Positions 25,079 to 34,492 of a stretch of DNA of 34,492 nt are shown one piece after another (the first letter of the stretch is position 1; each line of letters begins with the position of its first letter). The notes beneath the pieces are model-generated. The model did not search any database, was not told the DNA's origin, and saw only the letters and a program-made list of their open reading frames with translations. The stretch covers positions 71,747,239 through 71,781,730 of the forward strand of contig NC_068984.1 in NCBI RefSeq assembly GCF_001194135.2, given 5' to 3'. The stretch is from Octopus bimaculoides (taxonomy: Eukaryota). Position numbers and translations under genes: made by a program.

Positions 25079-26570
25079 GATTTTTTATGAATTAGGAGCG
25101 TACATGCATAGCGTTGGTGACACAAATGCCAAGTATATATAAATCTAATTACATACGTTCTTAAACACAAGGCTTGGCAATGAAGGCAATAGGGCATTGG
25201 GTCATGGTACCAAAATCGATACTCGTGTGTTGTTTGGATTGGTGGACTCTCTTAGTAACAGTATTAATACAGCAAGGTTTAGCTGAAATGCAATGCATTA
25301 CAAAAGATGCTGGGAAAGACAATTGGCTGTAGTATGGCATTGACCCGCTTTGGATAAAGCAACATATTCTATATCGTTCTGTAGTAACAAAATACAATAA
25401 CCTGTTGAAAAGCAAAAACCTACAACAACATGTTAATATAGAACTAATCTAATAGAGGCAAATTAACCTTCGGAGCCAAGCTGTATCCGAATATGTTGCT
25501 TCATGAAATGCCTCTTGGTGACAGTCTGAATTCATTAGTACCATATATATAACATCTATTAATATATATGTCAATCTGATCTCCCTCTGTTTGTCCGTCA
25601 CAACATATATGTAGACGGCGGGAAGAATGGGTTGAGCAAAAGCTGTTGTTGGAAGAGAAATACTATGAGAGAGTAATGTTATTTCAAAACAAATATCACG
25701 CTCAAAGCCACTGCAATGGCCTCGCGACACGGTGCTCAACGATGTTAATAATGGACTATTTTTCAAATTCCTCTTCAACCCACTGTCGCTATCTTATAAT
25801 CCACTGTTTGAAAATTGCAATTTCCCGTCAGTCGGGCCTGTTTTATGCCAATAAATAAGAGCCAATGACAGAGATTATAAAGATGCAAACCGTATCTACC
25901 CTATCCAGTGTTCGTGCATGGAGAATTTTATGTTGCTAACAACAGATTGCGAAACCCCGAAAATCAGTGCATATAAGAAAACAAAACAGATTTCGTTAGC
26001 ACAGCTAAGACGAAACAAGATGATGGAAAAGGAATGTTGTTTGTCATGAAATTAGCGTATGAGATATTGTTCAATAATAATATTTATACTGTTGATTGTC
26101 CATTAATACATCCTATTTTGTGTGCCACCACGTTTATTGGACAAGTAAAGCAAGATGTTATTCACTTATGTCACTTCGAGTGACTGAGGGTCAGTGTTCT
26201 TTTGAGACGGGTGTTCTTTGAAAGGCCCTAGTAATAGAATTTTTATTTACCAACTTTCTGAATATCCTAACAATCCGTGGGAAGATGTTCAACAGAGGGT
26301 GGTAAATTTGGCGTTACTATTAGCACTTTCTTTTCGGATGTTTTGGGAATGAATTTTTCAAACCCTTCCCCTTCGTTTATTATTTTGTCTCTATGATGCT
26401 GTTCTATGTTCATTCACGCCTTATTTTGTTTGTCACAATGAAATTAGCAAGGTTTCCTTCTTGAGTGTCTCGTTGTGCTTGCTGTTTCTTTTGATGGTTC
26501 TATTGTTGTGTTTCCTTTCTTCTTCATCTTGTGCTTCTCTGCTGCGTTTGTGTGCAAGTGGAGAAATGAT

Positions 26571-26716
26571 TGTGTGTGTGTGTGTGTGCGTGCGTGTGCG
26601 TGCGTGCGTGTGTGCGTATGTGCGTGTGTGTGTGTGCGTGTGTGCGTATGTGCGTGTGTGTGTGTGTGTATCTGTGTGTATGTGGGTGGGTGTGCGCGCG
26701 CGTGCGTGTGCATGTG
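26571..26716. repeat. Mixed (GT)n/(GC)n alternating purine-pyrimidine microsatellite
   Basis: Direct. Confidence 0.95.
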
Positions 26717-27849
26717 TTCCTGTCGCTGGTGCTGGAGTTGTAGATTTTGTCGCTGTTCTTTTGCGCGAGACAGAAAGCCTTCTGGTATTTTGGGCTCCCA
26801 GCTATGCAACGCCTGGCCTCACTACATTCGATCTCACACTGTGCAGTGTCCCCAATCTACCGGTAAATGAATTCGAGCGTTTTTGTTACTTAACTTTTTT
26901 TTTTTTGTTTGAGTCGCATCTGACTTATATTCGGCCCAAAGTTTGTCGGGGATAATCTCATGTTCATAATCTCCCCGTAGGACATCTTACATAGTCATTT
27001 TCGAATGCAAGAAGGTATGAGGATATATTGCTCAGAGGAGTAAGTATCCGTGGCTATTTCTATAGCCCCTTCTTCGTTGTGCGACGACTTCTACCGTTAC
27101 AAATTACTTCCCTTACCTTAGATGCAACACTGATGTACACACTCCCTTCAAGCATTTTCTTGTTTTAGCTAGAACTGGATTTCCGACGCTTCAGCTACTT
27201 TTGTCCATACATTGTGTATGTCCATGTTTTTTTCTTCTCTTCCTGTGTAAGTACGGTCAGATCTGGCTTGCCAGAGCAGTATCTGTACCTCAAGAAGTGT
27301 GTGTCGCCTTCCAGTGATATATTAATCTACGTTTTTGTTAAGAGTCGTAGAGAACATGTCTGGTTAGGACATATTTGGCATTGTCTGCAGTTATGTGAAA
27401 AGGAAAGAATTTAATTCTTGTGGAAGGAAAACTATTAAGAGTAGGTGTGCTTGCTACATCATTCTCATTATAAATTGTTTTAATGCTAATGCTGGCACCA
27501 ATGGTGATTTTGGTCGCTATGTTGATCTTATCGGTAGATATATGTTAAATTGTCTGCATCTTTATTCTCAAAGTTGGTTGCCATCAGTGTTTCTTTGTGT
27601 TTGTTATTACTGTATTTCTTCTCTAGCGTAAATTATTTTGTAATAGTTACTGTCATTTATTGCAGTATTGATGGTGGCTCACGATGGCATTAATAGCAGT
27701 CTCACTCTCACCTTCAGTACTTTATTTTTGTTGGCATGTTATTGTTCTCGATGTTTTAGTTTCTGTCGGCACAAGTGTTGGTGGTGATATTATGATTTAA
27801 ATTACGAAGGCAACGTCAGAAATGCCGTCCAAATTGATGTTTACATTCA

Positions 27850-27980
27850 TCCCATTCTTCTTGCATAATTCAGTGCCATGCTCTGTACATTTTTGATTTC
27901 TTCATCGGGCACTTTCTAGAATAAGTATATGAATGTTAGCCTCCAGTGGTGGGAACTTAGCTGAACTGGTCCGTTTTGCT
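27850..27980 (-). mobile_element. Possible pogo/Tigger CENP-B-type HTH remnant
   Basis: KRTSSAKFPPLEANIH..I then, after a frameshift, MALNYAR; loosely resembles the K(F/W)PxLE...xKALxxA pattern. Short and degenerate. Confidence 0.3.
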
Positions 27981-29527
27981 ACAACACAGCTAATACAATG
28001 CAAAAAATGCAGGTAAAACGAAGAAAATATACAAGCGACTTGAAGGAGTCACTTGGCGATATCAAAACAACAATTCTAGTAATAATGGTAATGTTAATAC
28101 AAATTTATAAAGATATTGATGGTGATGATGAAAAAGCTTTTGTGTCTGTCATTTCTTTTTTTATTGTGTTATAGGAATGCACAAACAAAATTCTTCTACA
28201 TGTATGTAGAAAACCGGAAGAAGGGACGAAAAACCACATTCGGAACTCCAAAACGTACATAATTCCTAGGAAATGACTCAGCACCGTAAAGAGAATATTT
28301 CTGCCTGTGGATAACGCCACTCTACAACAGTAAGGCGCTACTACTGGTCTAAAAACTTATCTATATCGAATGAAGTGTGGTAAACGTAAGGCAGTTGATT
28401 TGCCCCCAGAAACAGAGATCTGCTCACTTGTAGACGCCGTTTACTTTTGAACAAATGAAAAAAATATCAGACATAGTTTATAGCTGTACGTGATCGAAGA
28501 ACAGTTGGTTTTGCACTACAGTGGATCTCCTACTGAAATAAAACAATTTTCCTGGTGGATTGCTTAAAGTTCAGGGTATTTGCTGACAGAAAGACGATTT
28601 CCCACATATATGGTGACATGGGAAAACGAAATCGTTGACATATATCCGTAAGGGGAAGACAAAGTAGAACCAGTAGATTAGCGAAAACGAAGACAAAAGT
28701 GGCCGCAGCAACAAGAACAGGGTGCAAAGTCGACAGCTGCAGCACTACCAACGATGACATTTCAAATCAGCTGCTGCAAAAGTGTTATCAACTGTCGCAG
28801 CAGCAAATAAAACGACATTAGCAGCGAAAGTAACACCAGATACAACAAATGAGGGACCTTCTGAACGACTACCATATCACTGACAACAACTGAAACTGAA
28901 ATACCGAATGCAACATTAAAACGTCAAGAGAACATAATAAATTTATCCCTCCTCAGGACTACTTTTGTTTGCTTCGAAAATCTAAGACGCGTGTATGAAG
29001 ATTAAAATAGAAGTGATTAACAAAAGTACGAGTAGATTCGAAAGGTCGGCAAAAATATTTTAAATGACGACACAAATACACTAATATCATCAAAACCATC
29101 ATCAACAGCATTTTCACCAAAATACAACCGGCTGCACTATCTTTGCAAACATTAGCAGAATCCATATTACATCCGATCCAAGTACTATGAACAAACTTGC
29201 TACGAAAAATCTTAATCAACATGACAGTGAACTCGAATAACAAAAGAATTAATAAACTGCATAAAGCAATACACAAACATTGCACACAGCAATTTCTTCT
29301 TCATGAAATAATATACCTATATAAGAATTCTAAAAAAACATAAAAATAATAAAATCAAACTGAGATATGAGATATCCCAACGGAATTAAATATATCCTGG
29401 GAGCAGTAACAAATATAATTTCCAAACAGTCACGTTCGAAATGACAGAAGTCCTGCCTTTCTCAATAATGTAAGATATCGTTACTACCTTTAACAAGGTC
29501 GTAAGTAGACTACGCAATATATTGCTA

Positions 29528-29812
29528 GATGGGATGCTTTGGAAGCGAAGCCACTTCTAGGAAGATGTTAAGCGATTAAATACAGATGCGGTGGCCATCT
29601 TTGAGATCGGAGTTTTATGGGAAGTTACAACAGCTGGTTAGCTTAAACAATTCCGAGATGAATATGGAAAAAAGTTTAATGTCTGTGTTATTTCGAAGAA
29701 AGTGCATCTCACGCTGAGGACCATGTGGGATCGAGGGTTTACGTTGGTGATGCAAACCTTGACGAGTAACGAACACCAAACATTCCTAATTGTAGGAATA
29801 AACGCCCTATGA
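29528..29812 (+). mobile_element. Second L1/Tx1-like APE endonuclease remnant
   Basis: One frame with stops reads WKRSHF*EDVKRLNTDAVAIFE...DRG...QTFLIVGINAL. It aligns by eye with WKQSCLLDNLRSHELDLVVTTE...FR*VAVYAP of the element at 1782-3715. Confidence 0.5.
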
Positions 29813-30155
29813 GTTGTTCATGTGGCCTAATTTCATTGGGTATATTGCGACATTCCTGAGAATGCTCTGATCTGTAGCGCCAGTTGGCATCTAGGATACC
29901 TGATGAGAATATCTGGTGTGAATCAACATACAAAGTTGCTAAAATCTTACGAAACTGCTCAGTTGTCCCCAAGACTTTTACGATTACTGACTGGATATCC
30001 CAAATGTTACAGGGAAGACAAACAAACCACAACGAGGAAATCAATATATCTATATCTTACTAAGAGCGAGTGTTCTCTCTTAATGGAAATAGTGAACAAA
30101 TTCAGTACTTATTTACAATATTTACATTTGACGGATATTTGTCATCTTGTTTGTT

Positions 30156-30201
30156 AACACAACGTTTCGGCTGATATACCCTCCAGCCTTCATCAGGTGT
30201 C
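30156..30201 (-). ncRNA. Minimal type I hammerhead ribozyme, intact core
   Basis: GACAC-CUGAUGA-A-GGCUG-gaggguauau-CAGCC-GAAAC-GUU-GUGUU. Stem I is GACAC/GUGUU, stem II is GGCUG/CAGCC, and stem III is the loopless palindrome AACGUU. Confidence 0.85.
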
Positions 30202-30247
30202 TTGGGGAAATTTCGAATCTGGGTTTTCGTTCCTAAATATTTTTTGA

Positions 30248-30419
30248 TGTTGTTGTTTTTGCTGTTGTTGTTGTTGTTGTTGTTGTTCTTCTTCTTCTTC
30301 TTCTTCTTCTTCTTCTTCTTCTTCTTCTTCTTCTTCTTCTTCTTCTTCTTCTTCTGCTTCTTCTTCTTCTTCTTCTTCTTCTTCTTCTTCTTCTTCTTCT
30401 TCTTCTTCTTCTTCTTCTT

Positions 30420-30499
<80 letters not shown>
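30248..30499. repeat. Compound (TTG)n(TTC)n(TTA)n trinucleotide tract
   Basis: Direct; it occupies the position of the element's internal (AAT)n tract in the inverted copy. Confidence 0.97.
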
Positions 30500-30512
30500 G
30501 CCCACGGGCATA

Positions 30513-30560
30513 TGGCGTAGTGGTTAAGAGCGCGGCCTAATAGATTCCGAGTTCGATTCC
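30513..30560 (+). promoter_or_regulatory. tRNA-like internal Pol III promoter (A box and B box)
   Basis: A box TGGCGTAGTGG (30513-30523) fits TRGCNNARYGG; B box GTTCGATTCC at 30551-30560. The 27-nt gap is short and there is no full cloverleaf. Confidence 0.7.
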
Positions 30561-30571
30561 AAGCAATGACC

Positions 30572-30572
<1 letters not shown>

Positions 30573-30623
<51 letters not shown>
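30573..30623. repeat. (AAT)n tract inside the element
   Basis: Direct. Confidence 0.97.
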
Positions 30624-30625
<2 letters not shown>

Positions 30626-30672
30626 TCGAAAAATACCTTAGGAATGAAATCATAGATTCGAAATTTCCCCTA

Positions 30673-30718
30673 GACACCTGATTAAAGCTAGATGGTATAT
30701 CAGCCGAAACGCCGTGTT
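30673..30718 (+). ncRNA. Degenerate hammerhead ribozyme copy, probably inactive
   Basis: GACAC-CUGAUUA-A-AGCUA...CAGCC-GAAAC-GCC-GUGUU: core G8 changed to U, stem II mismatched, triplet GUU changed to GCC. Confidence 0.75.
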
Positions 30719-32689
30719 AATAACAAACAAGATGAGAACAAATATCCGTCAAATGTAAATAACGTACGTAATTCCTTGTGTCTTAAATATAAAACTGTAA
30801 TTCAATACTGTAAGGAAATCGGCTTCTGGCAAACGAGAAATTTGTGAACTGAACGTTTAACATATTCAAATTCCGTGCAAGAATAAATGCCAGAAGTTCA
30901 AAGCCGACGGTTTGAAAGCGTACCAAAATCGGATTCATTCATAACATAAACATCAGGTGACATAGGTAGGTAATCGAAAACAAATAGCGATTAAAGCAGA
31001 AATGATGAGTTTTTTTGTTTTTGGAACGAAGTAGCGAGATAGCAAACAATATTAAGAAGTAGCTTAGAATCTTAGACTGGAGATTGAAATATGAATCGTA
31101 GCTTCCAGAAATAAAAAAAGAAAGAAAATACAACCACTCGATGCCAGTGAGAGACAGAGACGCAACCTGGCGATCAACCACAATTCGGTATTTGGGGATC
31201 GTCATGAACACATGTTACTCTACCTTAACAGATATCTGCGGCTTTCAGCGGTGTATTTCACGACTGTTCGGCATGAATGGACAGATTTAATCGCAGGTTG
31301 AACTTCCCGGATACCCTATCATGACTCCTGGATGATGTAACATGACCAGCATTTGCCTGATGTTGATCCTAACTTCACCCTTTGTAAGATGCACTTTTTT
31401 CCAGATAGTCAGATAGAGAATAGCAATCCTGGATTAACCTAAAACAAAAACAGAACGCGTCGCATCAGAAGTGTTCAATAGCAATGTCTGGAGATGCTGT
31501 TGGAAGAATTCTCATGTCATTTTATTGTCTTATTAGCATGATACATAATGACAGTCTAGGGAAAATACAGTTATTAACTAAACAAAATTACGATCGATTG
31601 GAAGAGGTAATATTTCGAAACAAAAAGAACAGCAACAATACTGATAACTCCTGACCAAGGCAAAGTCGAGAATGCCTGGGGACAGTTTTAGCTGATTATG
31701 GCGTACCTTGTACCTGACTAATACTAAATAATCTATCGACCCGAATGATTTAACGGAAATTTGACCAAGTAGGTTCTCCCTCGTATTAACATTTTGTTCG
31801 GCATTGTAGCGACAGAAATCTTTCCTGCGTTACCTTTTAATTGACACCTTGTTCTTTATTGGCTTTCATTTATTAGTATAATGCTGAACTCGAATGAAAT
31901 TGCCATAATCGCTCTAGATTTCTGATTTTGGAGAAACGATGTTAGGACTCATTATATACATATATTATTTTTGCCGAAAATCAAATCAATTGATTTCCAA
32001 TGTCTCCATTCGTACGTTTTCATTTTCTTTCTGATACATGTTATATTTCAATATATGAACAGCAAGTAAAACCTAACCAGATTTCAATTTCATTTATGTG
32101 TATCATAATAGATTTACGCTATCACACTGCTTCCATATTGGAAAATGACGAGATCGGAAGCATTGCATCAAATCGCATGGAATTTCACATGAAAAGTAAT
32201 ATTTTCTTCAGCCGATATTACATCTTGGTTTCATCGCAACATGGATATTATGAATACATGCATATATAAAAAAAAATCTGCTATTTGGGGTGAATGAAGA
32301 ATGCATAATTGACAAGATTAACACAAGACGCAGTGAGAAGCAATATCAAAACAAAATTTCCATTATGGGAATGGTTTTGAGTTGTATGATATCAAGAAAT
32401 ATATTTGAAATTGAAATACTAGTAGAAGTGGTTGTCATCGTATTAGTCTTCTTCGCTACAGTACTGCTAGGTAGTCGTTGCATAAGTTGTTTGTGTAAGT
32501 AATAACATCACAAGGATTAATTCCACTTGGATGATCATTGGAGTTAACTGTCATATTTTGTGTCATGTACATACTGCATGATTGCCTACTTGCTACGATG
32601 CACTAATGAAACGTGATGCACGTAGTCGTCGAAAGGCAAGGTACATTTAAACAACCATACAGTCCATCTCTGTTAAATTCTTCCTGTTA

Positions 32690-32840
32690 TTTTATTTACA
32701 TTTGACGGATATTTGTCCTCATGTTGTTTGTTGTTAACACAACGTTTCGGCTGATATAGCCTCCAGCCTTCATCAGGTGTCTTGGGGAAATTTCGGACCC
32801 AAGTTCAACATAATTCTTAATCTCTTAAATATAGTACTGT
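32690..32840 (+). mobile_element. Short insertion of the same hammerhead element: inverted segment (32690-32806) plus sense 3' tail (32808-32840)
   Basis: 32692-32806 is nearly identical to 30119-30230. 32808-32840 aligns without gaps to the tail at 30766-30798. TSD TCCTGTTA at 32682-32689 and 32841-32848 (9 bp if the shared T is included). Confidence 0.82.
32736..32781 (-). ncRNA. Minimal type I hammerhead ribozyme, intact core
   Basis: Same as 30156-30201 except one substitution in the stem II loop (gaggcuauau). Confidence 0.85.
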
Positions 32841-33475
32841 TCCTGTTACTGTTTTCATTTTCAGCTGTTGTTTTTGAATGCAGTTCGGTTATTGAAGATA
32901 TCGTGTCTATGTAGTCGTTTCGTGTGCTGTTATCTGACTCTCTTAATAAATATTTATATTTTTGTGTTTGTTATTTTAAGTAGACAAGTCTCTTATTCCC
33001 GTGTTATTTTCATATGTATACATGCTTAAGTTTGACTTATTTATACAATCACACAAATTAAACCGTATGAAGATCGTCATTATCAGTATCTTAATTAATA
33101 TCATGACAGCCACTATTAAGATAGCTCCCATGTTTATCATTCTAAACACTATTTAGCAGTACAACGACTATATATTTTGTATACCAACAATACCATACAA
33201 AACATGACAATTACCTTGGTAGGAACACTTGTAACTATGTTAGAACTTCCATTATCTCACTTTATTTTCATCAATAAAGGTGGTAATGGTAGTACAAGAT
33301 ATTGTGACACTAGATTTATATATGCAGATTATATATATAAGAAACGAAATAAATGTTAAACACAATTTTTGTAAACTACTGAGGTTCTACAAACTCATCA
33401 GCATTTATGAAAAGCTGTTGTTTCTTGAACATACACCATATTGGATTAACTGGTAGTTGTCGGAAATGGGATTCT

Positions 33476-33592
33476 GATGATGGTTGTGGTCGTGATGATG
33501 ATGATGGTGGTTGTGGTGGTGGTGGTGGTGGTGGTGGTGGTGGTGGTGGTCGTCGTCGTCGTCGTCGTCGTCGTCGTGACGATGATGGTGAT
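33476..33592. repeat. Compound (GAT)/(GGT)n/(CGT)n trinucleotide tract
   Basis: Direct; it produces the poly-G/R/P/T/H ORFs in the track. Confidence 0.95.
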
Positions 33593-34403
33593 TGACGCAA
33601 AGCAAACCGTGCTGAAGCAAATCGTATTTTGATAAAGAATCGATGATTGATACACTTACTGTATCTAAAAAGAAGTGACATATTTTGAATACATTGTTTT
33701 GTGCCGTTAATGCATTATCTGTGGTACATTGGTTCGCTAATAACGACAGCGAGGCGAAGTATAGTTTCGTTAGCTGGTTGAGAAAATATAAACTGATAAT
33801 AGATGTACTGATGTTTCTAAATCGCAGATATTACGACATCTACACTGTACAACATAGACTAATTCACTTATAAAAGCCGTGAATATGTATCAATATGCTA
33901 TAGCACTTATCTACGATCTTTGAGCTCGGATGGAAACTAATTATGTGCACTTCAAATTTCGGGCTTCTAGACTATTTGTCTAAGCCATGTTTTACTTCCT
34001 TTTCCTTCTTCCTTTTGTTTATATTGTATGCTCTTGTTTTCCACACTTATGAAGATCTGTTGCCTTAATTAGAATGCACTATGAAGATGAATTTTATTCT
34101 CGCATTTATGTATAGACTGCATTTTGGTAATCTGATTAGAAACAGCTGTTAGCTCTGTTATGTCTTGCATTGTATCAATAAACAAGCTTTAAAATGTCGT
34201 CTAATTGATGTGCGGGTTAATCTATGTTTTATCCATTTTCTAATTCTTTGCATTGGTTCCTGATAAAGTTTTGTTCATCCTATTGTTACCTGCGTTCGAC
34301 GTATATGGTGTCGCTGCACACCATTGCCCGGGGATAACACAGGAAACGGATACTAATAGGATATACGGATATTGTACCCATAGTCGGTTACTACAACTGC
34401 TTA

Positions 34404-34408
34404 CTCTC

Positions 34409-34444
<36 letters not shown>

Positions 34445-34492
34445 TGTTTCTTTCTTTTTCTTGCTCTCTCTCTCTATTTATATATATATATA
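34404..34492. repeat. (CT)n, (TTTC)n and (AT)n microsatellites
   Basis: Direct. Confidence 0.95.

Larger units (their letters stand above)
30110..30798 (+). mobile_element. Non-autonomous tRNA-headed, hammerhead-bearing retroelement: inverted partial copy (30110-30499) plus sense copy (30500-30798)
   Basis: The two copies are reverse-complement homologous. Near-perfect 11-bp TSD: AATTCAGTACT at 30099-30109 and AATTCAATACT at 30799-30809. Confidence 0.8.

Noticed and set aside
26444-26955. His/Thr-rich and Cys/Val-rich ORFs
   Set aside because: They are translations of the GT/GC microsatellite.
27040-27390. Restriction-like-endonuclease LINE remnant on the minus strand (CQIC.., KPDL, AIEI)
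   Set aside because: Only short scattered motifs in different frames; a profile search would be needed.
28560-29320. ORF1 of the L1-like element upstream of 29528
   Set aside because: A-rich and CAG-rich composition fits, but there are many stops and no diagnostic motif.
29900-29930. CTGATGA hammerhead core start
   Set aside because: No stem II followed by GAAA downstream.
30202-30540. Poly-F/L and poly-R/I ORFs
   Set aside because: They are translations of the trinucleotide tract.
30505-30572. Functional tRNA gene
   Set aside because: A and B boxes are present but there is no acceptor stem or anticodon arm and the spacing is short; it is a retroelement head.
31731-31766. Further SINE B fragment (tatcgacccgaa...ggaaatttga)
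   Set aside because: Too short and degenerate to call.

Overview
AT-rich, repeat-dense animal genomic DNA with several N gaps and no recognisable host protein-coding exon, so probably intergenic or deep intronic. The SINE families and microsatellite load suggest a coleoid cephalopod, most likely Octopus; this is inferred from recall, not from a database hit. The window holds decayed transposons: two L1/Tx1-like LINE remnants, a CR1/L2-like endonuclease scrap, a 5'-truncated Penelope-like element (PLE) with a GIY-YIG domain, an internally deleted Ty3/Gypsy (Mag-like) LTR element with both LTRs and a 5-bp TSD, a mariner fragment and two tRNA-derived SINE families. The most notable signal is a short non-coding retroelement at 30.1-30.8 kb and 32.7-32.8 kb. 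It combines a tRNA-like Pol III head, an (AAT)n tract, a minimal hammerhead ribozyme and a ~36-nt 3' tail. Both insertions have target-site duplications and a 5' inverted copy that starts at the same tail boundary, which is PLE-style integration geometry. Most ORFs in the supplied track are microsatellite, gap or antisense artefacts.
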